Below, one piece after another: positions 1 through 11,391 of a stretch of DNA of 64,000 nt (position 1 is the first letter of the stretch; each line of letters starts with the position of its first letter). A model generated the notes under the pieces. It was not told the DNA's origin and did no database searches. It saw only the letters and a program-made list of their open reading frames with translations. Source of the stretch: Octopus vulgaris (lineage: Eukaryota); NCBI GenBank assembly GCA_951406725.2, contig OX597820.1:128216001-128280000 (forward strand), written 5' to 3'. The position numbers and the translations under genes are program-made.

Positions 1-15
1 GTGTTTTTATTTTTC

Positions 16-260
16 CTAAAGAAAAAACGACTGACCAATCATTTAAATTCCTTTAGAGAGAGGAAAAAATAAATGATACAAGCCTAAGTAAACTAATTTG
101 GTCAATTAAAAACAAAAACAATAGCTGTACTATCGATTGAGAGCAAATTATTACTGCTAAGCCTTATCGAGCAGGGGGAATAGATGCGACCCTTGCGGAG
201 AGGAACTATACCAAATATTTACATCAAAGCACGCATAAATTGATACAAGACATGAACAAG
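16..260 (+). pseudogene. Penelope-like GIY-YIG endonuclease C-terminal relic (frameshifts and stop)
   Basis: Manual translation across frameshifts: KKRLTNHLNSFRERK..NDTSLSKLIWSIK..TID*EQIITAKPYRAGG..RCDPCGEELYQIF. Same motif series as the PLE GIY-YIG at 29660-30090. Confidence 0.65.
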
Positions 261-837
261 CCCTTAGATGTTTACACGAACACGGTTGGACCTTTAAGGA
301 ATATAAAAATAATTCTAGATAGCCAACACCCTAGCAACAAGTGGGATTGATATAACAACTAGAACAGCATAACCTAAACATAAAAAATATTCAACAACCA
401 TCATAAAAAAATATCCTACACAATGTACAACACAAATAATGCGCAGCCCAACCAAAAGATATATATATAAGCAAACAACAACCCTTCAATACAAGCACTA
501 CACTCGAAATCAAAAATAACACACACAACCATTAAAAAAAACAAAGAGCCTCACTAAAGCAACAATTTCAACCTTAACCTATGTTAAGACTAAGCCCTAA
601 CTCGGACAGCGACTAGGCTGAAGTTGAGGTCAACAGTATATATCTATAAATAAAAACACACCCACCTCTCACAGAACACTAATTAGCAAAACTTTACGGC
701 CATAATTTCACTTTGAGGATGACCAAGTGGACGGATCTTCATCAAGCTGCACCGACAATACTACAAGGTTTCATTTGTAACAGTGAATAGTCGCTGCAGC
801 GGAAACACGTATAGCTTTTTATTATTAATATAAATGA

Positions 838-1222
838 CTAGCAGTATCGCCCGGCGTTGCTCAGGTTTGTAAGGGAAATAACTATAAAGCATTTTTAGAG
901 AGTTATAGCCAAAAAATAGCAAAAAAAATGGAAAAAAATTATGGTAAATTTTTTTTGAGAGTAAAAAAAGGTGGAGTTGCGTCCCCTAGACAGTTTGCGG
1001 TTTGTGTTTCTGATTCTCGACCCCATGTCGAATTTATCGATTTTTTTCAGAACTGGTGGAACTTTTCAAAATTGTCGCTGCGTTAGTTTTGAATTATGAC
1101 ATTGGGCTATGTGTGTGTCAAGTTTCATCAGAATCGGTTGAAAGCCGTGGTTAGGGTGAGGGTACAAGCAAACAGACACACAGAAACACGCACAGACAAA
1201 CTGCCGTTTATATATAGAGAGA
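838..1222 (-). mobile_element. Non-autonomous Helitron, family A, copy 1
   Basis: Minus strand starts TCTCTCTATATATAAACGG and ends ...GCAACGCCGGGCGATACTGCTAG, between A and T. Near-identical to 25850-26229; 5' ~250 bp shared with 43648-44599. Confidence 0.85.
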
Positions 1223-1433
1223 TAATTAATATTAATAAGCACTCCAAACAAATTTTACTGTCCAGCGAAGGGAACACGGAATTACTTATCGGGAGAATTC
1301 ACGGAGTGGCTAACAACTAAAGGTAGTCAAGGATGTTTAGATACTGATAGTTGTGGTTAGCCGTTAACCGGAACTTAGCTGAGAGCTAATACGATATCCG
1401 CCCGGATAATACATCCTTCCAAACTCATCACGT

Positions 1434-1467
<34 letters not shown>

Positions 1468-2410
1468 CGCGCCACAAACAGCATTAGATTAAAAAAATAA
1501 CTATGTATATATTGCAAATATTTTTGCAGAACAGCATTAGCTGTAATATTTTATTTAATAATGACTTGAGTGCTACAAAATACACTATTCGCTATGATTA
1601 TGATTGTCGAATCGTCAGAAACGGTGTTTTGACCTCATTTTGCTTCTTGAATATCAAATACCACTAGACTGAGTTAAGCCGAAAAATGCTTGTTACTATA
1701 TAGAAATCGGTAGCTATACATTCACTCAGAATGTCAATGTTCGTCACTAGAGAACCTAAACAAGTTGGAAACACCGTGTTTGAGGATTCACCGACGATAT
1801 TCTGAGCGAGTGCTGTGCTTCAATTTCCTTTTATTAAATTAGTCAGAAATAAGAAGATGAAATATCCATGATGTTTTCAGAACTTCACAAGCTGCTGGTA
1901 TTGGCATGGTTGGGTTAATGATCAGCTGTTCGTCAATGTTTGCAAAGAAAAGCATGGGTGATGAATGTACTGCAGAAGTGGACTTCAGAAGTGCCCTATC
2001 GAGCACAAAATAACTGGGCTGAGTATTCAGTATTTTTCAAAATTCAAACAGTGAAAAATGAGGGCAAGATGAGGATGATAGTGACGGTCGTGTCCTGGAT
2101 AAAGGATATATGCAGCTGGTTAGTTTTAATATTACCTACAATATCATACACACATACTCGCTTGCAAATAAACAAACTCATACACATGACAACAAAGTGG
2201 ACTTGAGGCAATATAGAATATAGCGACCAACCAAGGAAGACTACATTGTCCAGAAATGCCCGCAAAGGATTTAAACGTAAACCATCAGTATGTTGATAGC
2301 TTCATACAGCCTTTTTCTACACTCGATATTTCAACACTCCTTCAAATGAAAGCTTTAGCTGCTTCCGTCCCAACTGCGTGCTGCAATTATCTCGCTTTGC
2401 TATTGGCTAA

Positions 2411-2490
2411 TACACACACACACACACATACACACACACTCACACACACACACACACACACATACATACATACATACATACATACATACA

Positions 2491-2562
<72 letters not shown>
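2411..2562. repeat. Compound microsatellite (CA)n(TACA)n(TA)n
   Basis: Visible directly; representative of dozens of similar tracts in the window. Confidence 0.95.
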
Positions 2563-2565
<3 letters not shown>

Positions 2566-2917
2566 CGCTGAATGAAAGAAACGAGAAAGGCCAAAACAAA
2601 ACATCAAGTGAAGTGAACAACAGCGAACACAAAATCTCTGCTGAATTCAGACGTAAAAGCAATGTAAGTTTGTTTATCGACTTCCAACATTCCATTTAGT
2701 ATCTATTTTTAATTTACATTACCTGGATTACTATTAAACTGTATGTATATTTGGGTTTTGTAATCTTGCATTACCATTTCAGATTGCTGTGGGAGATTTG
2801 ATAGCAGGGAATTAGTGTTTCCAACTAAAATTTAGTTTAGAAGAGAAGGTATAACACGGAATTTCACTTTTGTATTATTGAGTTGTTTTAAGATATTTTT
2901 TCTAGAGTTTTGTTCAT

Positions 2918-2924
2918 GTATATT

Positions 2925-3019
<95 letters not shown>

Positions 3020-3283
3020 TATGTATATTTATATAGATAGATAAATAGATATAGATATATATATATGAAACTATTTTTATATATACATGCAAATGTATAA
3101 ATGTATGTGTGTGTGTGTAAATATGTATGTATGTATTCGTTTATTACATAAGCTTACTTGCTTAAATGTCATACACATACACGCTTTTACACAAATACAT
3201 ACACACGCACATATATATATACATATATATATGCATTTGCATACATATATATATATATGTATATGCGTACATACATACCTATA

Positions 3284-3321
<38 letters not shown>

Positions 3322-3417
3322 TGCATATATATATATATATACATCTATATATATGTACATACATACAAAGATAAGTGCGTATACAAATGCAAATACATGC
3401 ACATACACACACACATG

Positions 3418-3455
<38 letters not shown>

Positions 3456-3716
3456 TGCACAAGCATATATATGTTTGGATGTGTATGTATACACATGTAC
3501 TTATCCATATATTTACTTTTACATCTAAGTACCTACATGTGTCTTTGTTTGTTTGTTTGTGTATGTATGTAAATTCTGTATATAATACATTTTTGGCCTT
3601 CTCAAAACATCTACACTCTGGAGGCTATAATTCGAATTTCTTTTGGAATACAGTTGGAAAATATAACTATACACAGAATCAATTAGTTCGCCCATTCCAC
3701 GAAAATGGTGTTTCAA

Positions 3717-3759
<43 letters not shown>

Positions 3760-3887
3760 TATGCGTGGATGCATACATAAATATATGGATAGTTATATAT
3801 GTATACATACTGGCGGTGCCCCCGCATAGCCGCAACTCAAGGCTAAAACATATAAAAGAATAAAAGAACACACATACAAACACACAT

Positions 3888-3926
<39 letters not shown>

Positions 3927-4039
3927 TATGTACATACTCATATATATGTGTGTATGTGTCATAAACTCAAAAGCGTGCGTATACATTCCTCACAAACAGA
4001 TAGGCATATACTCATACGCACACATTTACATATACGTAC

Positions 4040-4094
<55 letters not shown>

Positions 4095-4170
4095 TGTGTG
4101 TTTTGTCTGTGTGTGCGCGTATATATATGTGTGTGCGTGTGTGTGTGCATATATTTAAGTATATGTATAT
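2918..4170. repeat. Degenerate TA/TG/TAGA low-complexity microsatellite block
   Basis: Visible directly; source of the spurious YIYI/HTHT ORFs. Confidence 0.9.
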
Positions 4171-4559
4171 AAGTGCGCAAAACTAAGTCATTGTATAAAG
4201 CGTTTCGGTAATCTACAGCAAGTATAACGTTTTTTTCCCCTCGCTTTTTTCTATCTTTTTCTTTTCTTTTTGTTGTTGCTAAAGTATGAATTCAGCTTAT
4301 TTTATTCTGACCTTATATACTTTACCTAGATATTTTAATAGAATACCAAGACATTGTAACACATTTTGTCAAAGTATAACAGAACAGACAACAGTTCTGG
4401 AACATTTTATTAGCGTAATGAAATGTATCAAATCTAAACATACATGATATACATTGTAACAGACAACAGAGATGAAATCATTTTATTCGCAAAATGGTAC
4501 TGAAGCCTAAATTCTTTTAGACTAGTTTGATGCAAATAGCGCTTTTTAGTCTCCATCCT

Positions 4560-5210
4560 TTGGCGTGGCTCTCTGGTGAATAGTTTGCTTTGCAACAACG
4601 TGGTTAACGTTCTAGTTCTATTGCGTATCACTTCGGGCAAGTGTCTTCTACTCCTGACCCGGGCCAATCAATGCCTTGCCAGTAAATTTGGAAGACGGAA
4701 GCTGTGAGAAGCTTGTCGCTTAAGTAGGGTGGGGCCGGTGACTTTGTTTCTGTTTCCCTCTCCACACCACTAGACAATTGGGGCTGGTTTGTTATGTCTT
4801 CATGGCAGGTTGGCAAAGGACATTGACAGAATAACAACCATAATAATAATTAATGCGCCCTTTTAAAGCCTAGCCAGGCTCATGGGCCCGGTTTTCCGGT
4901 TTCAATGGCGTATGTGTTCCCCAGCTGGACGCCAGTCCATCGCAGCGTTACTCATTTTTGCCAGTTGAGTGGACTAGAGCAACGTGAAATGAAGTGTTTT
5001 GCCCAAGAACGCAACGCGTCACCCGGGCCAGGAATTGAAACCACAATCTTACGATCATGATGCTGACACCCTAACCACTAAGCCACGCGCCTCCACAATA
5101 ACAACCATGCATAACAAACAAAAAATTTTTCGTATCAATTTGTTCGACTAACCCTATGAAGTGGTGCTCCAACATAGGCGCAATACAATGATTGAAACAA
5201 GTAAAAAGAC
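4560..5210 (+). mobile_element. Degenerate tRNA-derived SINE (family S1) split by a younger SINE
   Basis: Contains GGGCAAGTGTCTTCTACT...GACGGAAGCTG and the tail TTTGTTCGACTAA...GGTGCTCCAACA...GAAACAAGTAAAA, as in the S1 copy at 25410-25829. Confidence 0.6.
4842..5096 (-). mobile_element. tRNA-derived SINE (family S3) with 12-bp TSD
   Basis: Minus head GGCGCGTGGCTTAGTGGTTAGGG (A box) and GGTTTCAATTCC (B box); (ATT)n tail; TSD AATAACAACCAT at 4830-4841 and 5097-5108. Confidence 0.8.
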
Positions 5211-5489
5211 ACATATTTCACCAATCTGAGCTTGAATGGTATTTTGAATTACATAGTACTTTATGCTTAACACACTTCTTAATTCATTACCTTGTCTAAT
5301 ATATGTGCTCAACAAATCTCCCATTTCCACAGGAGTTGTGGCTCAGAGGTCTCCAACCTCAGTCCGTGGATTATTTGGTACCAAGGAATAATCTTTTTAA
5401 TTTTATTTCTATTTTATTGAGTATCGTGATCGGCAGGCTCTTTTTGTAGCAAATATGTAATGAGGTCAGCAGTTTCGGGTAAGAGGAGT

Positions 5490-5659
5490 AAAACGATTAC
5501 ACGTACCTCAGTGCTCAACTAGTTCTTATTTCATCGACCCTGAAAGGATGAAAGGCAAAGTCGTCCTCAACGGAATTTGAACTCTGAGCGTAAAGACGGA
5601 TGAAATACCGCTAAGCATTTTGCTCAGCGTACGACTGATTCTGTCTGCGCGCCACCTGA

Positions 5660-5660
<1 letters not shown>
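5490..5660 (-). mobile_element. SINE family S2 copy
   Basis: Reverse complement matches the GAGTTCAAATTCCG...GACTTTGCCTTTCATCCTTTC consensus seen at 43025-43255. Confidence 0.75.
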
Positions 5661-5705
<45 letters not shown>

Positions 5706-5879
5706 TAGCTTTAAAGACCCGTCGTTGCCGGGTCATAGTGCTAGTGCATGTATATATGTGTATATATATGTGTACATATTACATGTGCATCTATATATAT
5801 ACATCTACACATAAAATACAAAATACAAAGTTATATCTTGATATCGCTAGTGATAACAATACTCAAAATATATAACAGA

Positions 5880-6150
5880 CTGGAATTGTTAGCCCGTAGC
5901 TTGTAATTTCGATCAATTGTATCTTGTCCTCCCTCTTGTATAGAAGTGTGGCTACAATCCAGCCTACCTCTACTTCTGGGGGGGGAAGTCCATTTAAAAA
6001 TTTTTTCCGAGACGTCCTACGTCCCAGATATAAAGGTAAAAATAAAATAAAGTACTCCCTTGCACGCTCCGTTGACTCGAACCTTGCTTCTATTGTGGCG
6101 AATTTACCGCCTCTGATTAGATAACTTTCATAGTCGCACCAAGACACTTT
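5880..6150 (-). pseudogene. Older Tx1-family ORF1 fragment
   Basis: RGGKFATIEARFES..LFLPLYLGRRTSR..NGLPPPEVEVGWIVATLL..EDKIQLI aligns with ORF1 RGKKYGTVEVRFTS..LLPLYKGKRTSK..NNIPPEADAEVLVAAVM..EEKINIL. Confidence 0.75.
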
Positions 6151-6418
6151 CCGAAGGTGCTTTCCTCCAGGTTGTTTTATTATTACCCACAAGGGGCGAA
6201 CATAGATGGGACAATACAATCTGATGATGGGGTCAGACACACGAATGGGTTTTTACAATAAATCGAATTTAAAAATTTTCATGAATTACAATAAATGGAC
6301 AGAAATCGAATGATGGGACAGACCGGAAGACATTACGGGTGGAGTGGGTGCGGGTTTAGCTCGGACCCCACGAGCCCCGCCTCCCCACTGATACTTTTGG
6401 TTGCGCTTGGTATTACAT

Positions 6419-9400
6419 TTATGTTGTATCTTTCACTCGCAACTTTCGTGCTACATCCTTCCATCGTTCTTCATACACTCTCCTAGTCAGGCATATTCTC
6501 TCCAGCCCTATCTTCCTTTTCAGGTGAAAGATGAAATAATTCATCAAACCAGGGCCGGAGATGAACTTGCCTGACTGTAAACCTTTCATTCTCGTCTTCC
6601 ATATCACCTCTTTCGCAATTGCTACTACGACGAGAAAACGAAACTTACCTTCATTCACGAGGAAATCCGGTGGGTCAATTTTTGTAATCGACTCAGTCGA
6701 CAGCTGTACTCTTCGTGTACCTGACAACAGCTGTTCGGCATAAACCCACACCTCAGACACGTCCGGACAATGAACAATAGCGTGCGGGACGGTTTCCCTA
6801 TCCCGCCCGCATCTTGGACATATCGGACTGTCTTGGCCACCGTGCCTTGCGAGTTTATCCCGAACAGGTAGAGCTCCTCTGTAGCATTGCCATGCCAGAG
6901 ACTTCTGGAAGTTGTCCAGTGTCCTCGGCTTGAACGTACGTCGGAACAGACTGGCCAGCTGATTATCGTCGAGACCTAGGGTTTCCCCCAAGGTATCTTC
7001 ACATTCCGCCTCTACCAACCCTCTATAGAAGAATGTGGTGGAACCCCCACCGCAGGCGTTGCCCGAGCGACGGAATAGCAGGAGAGCCTTGCGACACTCC
7101 GTGTACCAAGTACCAAGTTTCGATCTACGATTCAGCCAGGTTTCCCATCCACCGAAACTAGTGAACTTGGGAAACATCAGTTTTGCTAGCGAAGACCACA
7201 CCCGTTCACCATCCAGGTAGAGCCACAGATGTCTTAACCTCAGCGCATGTCTGCGCATCATCAGCCAAGGCATCCCTAGCCCACCCTTTAACGGTTGTTG
7301 ACAGCAAGTAGAGCGTTTCACAAGTGGTTTCCCGCCCTTCCACAAGAAGTAGAAGAGCTGTCTTTCCAACTTGATCAACCACGAATCAGGGCAAGGAACG
7401 ACGGAAAGGCGGTAGGTGATAACCGATGCGATAAACACATTGGCCACCTCCGCCCTCCCTTTCAGGGATAGCCACCGCCAAGACCAGGTCTTGGCTACTG
7501 CAGCCACCTTGCTCGTTACCTCGCCCCAATTCTTCTCTATTTGGAGGTCTGGACCGAACCAGACCCCTAGCAGTTTAATCGGACCCTCCGTCCAACGTCC
7601 CACGACGCTGTCAGGAGGCATCGACTTGCCTCTCCAGGTGCCGAGTTGCAAGCCGACTGACTTTTCGCGATTAACTTTTGCTCCTGTCACCGTCTCGTAA
7701 ACCTCTATGGCCTTGCCTACTTTACATAGGTGATCCATTTCGGTTACGATGATGGTGATGTCATCCGCGTACGCTGACACTGATTTTCCATTACCTGGCT
7801 GTCTCGGGATGCCGCTCAGTTTTCGCAGTAATGGCTCAAGAGCCATCACGTACAAAAGCGGGGAGAGCGGACACCCTTGACGAACCGAGCGTTTGATTTT
7901 GAACGGCTTCGACAAGAAGCCGTTCACCCGAACTACCGAGTCGATGTTATCGTAAATTTGGATAATCCACCTGAGGAAGCCAAGGCTCAGCCCGAACTGT
8001 GCCAGGGCAGATACCAGGTAACGATGGTCGACCCTATCAAAAACTTTAGATTGGTCTAAATGGACCAGTGCCCCACCCTTGCCAGAATCACTATTAAACC
8101 CCTCTATAGTGTACCGCATTAGATGGAGATTATCCTGAATGGATCTGCCCGGAACGGCACATGTCTGTGCCTCTCCGATCAGACCATCCGCGACACGCGC
8201 CAATCTTTTCGATAACACTTTGGCCAAAATCTTCAACTCTGTGTTTAGCAGAGTGATGGGCCTGAAATTATCAATGCACTCCCCCTTGCTCGGGTCCTTT
8301 CTGACGAGAGTCACTACTCCCCGGCGCACAGATCTGGGTATAAGCCCGTTCTGCTGCCAGTTCGCATAGACCTCCGCCAGTAGGTGCCCGAACAAGTCTG
8401 GCATACTCTTATATAACTCATAGGGTAGACCATCCAAACCCGGCGCCTTGCCCGCGCCGCAGTCCGCCATTGCCTCAACCACCTCCTCAGGCGTGATTGG
8501 CCCTTCACAGCCCTCCGCATCTCGCCCCGATAAGCGCGGCAGCCCGTCGAGTAGGTCCGTAAAGGCCCTCCTCCTATCCAGTCCGCCGCACTCACCGAAA
8601 AGCTGAGCGAAGTGCTCCTGAAAGGCCTCACACATCTCCTCGGGTTCGTTTATCAACTCACCTTGTTGGTTCGTCAAAGATCGAATCGTGGCATCGTTAC
8701 CATGCTGAGCTTCCACCACTCGGGCCCATCTCACGGCGTTGATTCCTTCACATCCCATATGGCGGATTCTAGCCCTGACAATGCAGCCCATGTGTTTGGC
8801 CTCGAGGTGCTGGTTTAACACCAGTCTCTTGGACGCCACCTGAGCCGCAGAGCCAGTTTTCATGGCTTCCTCTAATTCCTTAACTAGAGTAGTTTCCCTT
8901 CTAGCCTCTCTAGCCACTACTCCTATGCTATATCTAATAGACTCAAACTTGATGGCTCGTTTGAGGGCGTACCACCATTTGTTATTAATGATGGTACCAG
9001 ATAGTGCCCTCTGAATTATATTCCTAATCCGGTCTTTGTACTCCTTAATCGCCAAAAGGGACGTATTAAGTTTCCAGTAACCGGATCCTCTATTTTTAAC
9101 CTTATCTATGTCAAGCTTACAAGTGACCATTTTATGATCACTGTAGCTGATCGGGTAAAACTGTGGACACTTAGCTATTTTACTGTCTACTTTTCTAATT
9201 AGTATTCTATCTAAATATGACCTGGAAGATCCGTCGCTGTTTGACCATGTCCACAATGGAGCGTTCGGAAATTCCAGCCTATAAGGATCTGCTAGCTCAA
9301 AGCGGCTTAGCAGTTCCATGAAGCCACTGTTGCCTTTTCTATCTGGACACGAGCCAACATAATCTACATCCGCTTTGCAAATTGTGTTAAAGTCTCCTAG

Positions 9401-9814
9401 CACCACTAATGAATGCGAAGTACCAAGAAAGTTTTCTAGTTCACGAAAATAATCACTTTGCCCTGTATGGTTGGGTGCGTAAATTGCAACCAGTCTGATA
9501 ACTTTACCATTACTGAACGTCAAATCCATGACGACCAGCCTACCTTCTGGATCTGCAAAAATTAACTTTTTCTCAGAAACCCGGTTTCTTTTTAATAGGA
9601 CCAACACCCCACTCCCGCCTGTAGGACTGCCAGGAGAGAAAAAACTCTCGTAGCCGTCAAACAGCGGGAGTAGACCTCTTGGCCTCTCTAACCGGGTTTC
9701 TGTAGCAACAATAACATCTAAATTACGCGACCTGATATCATGCAGGAAGCGACCTTGCTTCCAGCCTGCTCCCAGGCCGCGCACATTCAAACAACCAACA
9801 TAAATGTAATCCAT
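6419..9814 (-). CDS. ORF2: APE endonuclease + reverse transcriptase + C-terminal Cys/His zinc motif (Tx1/L1 clade), 1131 aa, intact
   Basis: Motifs CLNVRGL, GDFN, YLDRIL, SDH, WKLNTSLL, KAPGLDG, RPITLLN, RQGCPLSP, YADD, GGLG, CPRC..ETVPHAIVHC. Confidence 0.97.
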   Translation of the reverse strand: MDYIYVGCLNVRGLGAGWKQGRFLHDIRSRNLDVIVATETRLERPRGLLPLFDGYESFFSPGSPTGGSGVLVLLKRNRVSEKKLIFADPEGRLVVMDLTFSNGKVIRLVAIYAPNHTGQSDYFRELENFLGTSHSLVVLGDFNTICKADVDYVGSCPDRKGNSGFMELLSRFELADPYRLEFPNAPLWTWSNSDGSSRSYLDRILIRKVDSKIAKCPQFYPISYSDHKMVTCKLDIDKVKNRGSGYWKLNTSLLAIKEYKDRIRNIIQRALSGTIINNKWWYALKRAIKFESIRYSIGVVAREARRETTLVKELEEAMKTGSAAQVASKRLVLNQHLEAKHMGCIVRARIRHMGCEGINAVRWARVVEAQHGNDATIRSLTNQQGELINEPEEMCEAFQEHFAQLFGECGGLDRRRAFTDLLDGLPRLSGRDAEGCEGPITPEEVVEAMADCGAGKAPGLDGLPYELYKSMPDLFGHLLAEVYANWQQNGLIPRSVRRGVVTLVRKDPSKGECIDNFRPITLLNTELKILAKVLSKRLARVADGLIGEAQTCAVPGRSIQDNLHLMRYTIEGFNSDSGKGGALVHLDQSKVFDRVDHRYLVSALAQFGLSLGFLRWIIQIYDNIDSVVRVNGFLSKPFKIKRSVRQGCPLSPLLYVMALEPLLRKLSGIPRQPGNGKSVSAYADDITIIVTEMDHLCKVGKAIEVYETVTGAKVNREKSVGLQLGTWRGKSMPPDSVVGRWTEGPIKLLGVWFGPDLQIEKNWGEVTSKVAAVAKTWSWRWLSLKGRAEVANVFIASVITYRLSVVPCPDSWLIKLERQLFYFLWKGGKPLVKRSTCCQQPLKGGLGMPWLMMRRHALRLRHLWLYLDGERVWSSLAKLMFPKFTSFGGWETWLNRRSKLGTWYTECRKALLLFRRSGNACGGGSTTFFYRGLVEAECEDTLGETLGLDDNQLASLFRRTFKPRTLDNFQKSLAWQCYRGALPVRDKLARHGGQDSPICPRCGRDRETVPHAIVHCPDVSEVWVYAEQLLSGTRRVQLSTESITKIDPPDFLVNEGKFRFLVVVAIAKEVIWKTRMKGLQSGKFISGPGLMNYFIFHLKRKIGLERICLTRRVYEERWKDVARKLRVKDTT

Positions 9815-9828
9815 TACTTACCTTTATA

Positions 9829-11142
9829 TCAGTGGTTCGGTTTTTCTTCTTCTTCCTTCTCTTTTTCTGGGCCTCGTGGGGGAGTCTGACGCAGGCCCTC
9901 GAATATATATGGAGATGTTATATCCCTTCTGAGCGGGCCTACGTTATGGAAAAATTCGGACTTTATCCGTCCGTAATCCTTCCGGCCTATTCTGTACAAA
10001 ACATAGTCGTTTTTCCTCCCTATTTTTTCTACTTTGGCCATCGCTGCCAACACATTTCCGAGTCTATTGTTCGTGGCCTTAACGGCCATAAATGAGTTCA
10101 ATGACTCCCTTTTTTTTTTTTGGTTTACTTTGGGAGGGGTGGTTTCAGTTTTTCTTTTTTTTCTAGTGATTTTTGACCACCCCTCCTCCTTTTTCGTTTC
10201 CTCGCTCTTTTTTTCCCCCTCCTCCGTTGGTTCCGCTGCCTCTGTCACCTCCACACCTTCAGTCGTCCCTCCTGGGCCGACCAGCGCTGTTTCTGATGAC
10301 ACGGCTTCTTCTTTTCCACTTGGCTGAGCTGCTTCCTGCGGTTTGGGTTGGGGCTGGCATTCTGCCCTTACATGCCCTTTCTTACCGCAGCCGAAGCACC
10401 TCGGCTTTCTGCCCTCTACGAAGACTGTGACTCTTTCATCTTCGCTTATCCTTAGAGTCTCTGGGATCTCTTCCAGGGTTTGTACTTCTGCTTGTATGGC
10501 TATTATTATCTTTAGCCCTTTCCAGAATTCTTCTTCTTCTACGGTGGCCTGGAGGATGTTTATTTTTTCCTCCAGGCCTACCATAACTGCTGCCACCAGG
10601 ACTTCGGCATCCGCTTCTGGCGGAATGTTGTTCATTGTGATCTTGGAAGTTCTCTTGCCTTTATACAGGGGTAGGAGAACAATATCCTCCGCTTTTATGG
10701 GTTCCATGGATAGCTTCTTCGCTACCTCCTCTGACGTGAATCTCACCTCCACTGTGCCGTATTTCTTCCCTCGATTGATATATGTAATTTTATCCATTAT
10801 CGGCTTTAAGCAGTTTTCGATCTTTTTCTCCTCTATTTTTTGTATTGCTCTGCTTGTTATACTGAATGTCTTATAGATTATTCTCCTATTCGAAATTTCC
10901 TCCTGTATTTGGGCGTTTGAAGCCACGGTTACTTCCGTGCCCTCTTTTGACACACAGTCCGCATGTTTTCCCAGGTTGTCCACGTTAATTTTTTTAATTT
11001 TCTTCCCAGCTACTTCCGAAAATTTTCTCGCTGGTGCTGGAATATCTTTTTCCTTTGGCGACCCCGCCTCTTTTTTCTTTGGCGACACCGCCGGTGATCC
11101 TGCATCACTTGTCACAGGAGAATACGAGATGGGGGATTCCAT
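9829..11142 (-). CDS. ORF1: gag-like nucleic-acid-binding protein with CCHC zinc knuckle, 437 aa
   Basis: CFGCGKKGHVRAEC; lies directly upstream of ORF2; homologous to 32836-34068. Confidence 0.92.
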   Translation of the reverse strand: MESPISYSPVTSDAGSPAVSPKKKEAGSPKEKDIPAPARKFSEVAGKKIKKINVDNLGKHADCVSKEGTEVTVASNAQIQEEISNRRIIYKTFSITSRAIQKIEEKKIENCLKPIMDKITYINRGKKYGTVEVRFTSEEVAKKLSMEPIKAEDIVLLPLYKGKRTSKITMNNIPPEADAEVLVAAVMVGLEEKINILQATVEEEEFWKGLKIIIAIQAEVQTLEEIPETLRISEDERVTVFVEGRKPRCFGCGKKGHVRAECQPQPKPQEAAQPSGKEEAVSSETALVGPGGTTEGVEVTEAAEPTEEGEKKSEETKKEEGWSKITRKKRKTETTPPKVNQKKKRESLNSFMAVKATNNRLGNVLAAMAKVEKIGRKNDYVLYRIGRKDYGRIKSEFFHNVGPLRRDITSPYIFEGLRQTPPRGPEKEKEEEEKPNH

Positions 11143-11391
11143 CTCCGATAACTGGCTTTAACAAGCCCTTGGCACAACCAAGATAATGATAGTTTTTTCC
11201 CCCACTTAGGGGGGAAACACCAACACGAAGCCCTCGCACGAAGGCCGACTTCAATCGTTGTACAACAACACAGAAAGACAGCTAGACACACAGTAGATCA
11301 CAATGGAGAAAATATACACAATATAATAACTTACTATACACGCAAAAAATTGATTTCGGACAGGGGCTCAAATCTTCATTTTTTTCTCTAC

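Larger units (their letters stand above)
6170..11373 (-). mobile_element. Full-length Tx1/L1-clade non-LTR retrotransposon
   Basis: 5' UTR, intact ORF1 and ORF2 separated by 14 nt, and a ~250-nt 3' UTR ending GCCCCTTGTGGGTAATAATAAAAC. The 5' end (ATTTGAG...) resembles that of 32551-34244 (AGTTTGAG...). No TSD found. Confidence 0.9.

Noticed and set aside
744-818. HHR-like GAAACACGUA after a long hairpin
   Set aside because: No CUGANGA core in register; at best a decayed ribozyme.
2256-4180. Many ORFs rich in YI/HT/CV (also near 19000, 21100, 40600, 49000 and 51800)
   Set aside because: They are translations of stop-free microsatellites, not genes.
10034-10876. Plus-strand ORFs over ORF1 (also 11571-12156 and 32975-34246)
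   Set aside because: Antisense shadows of purine-rich coding strands.
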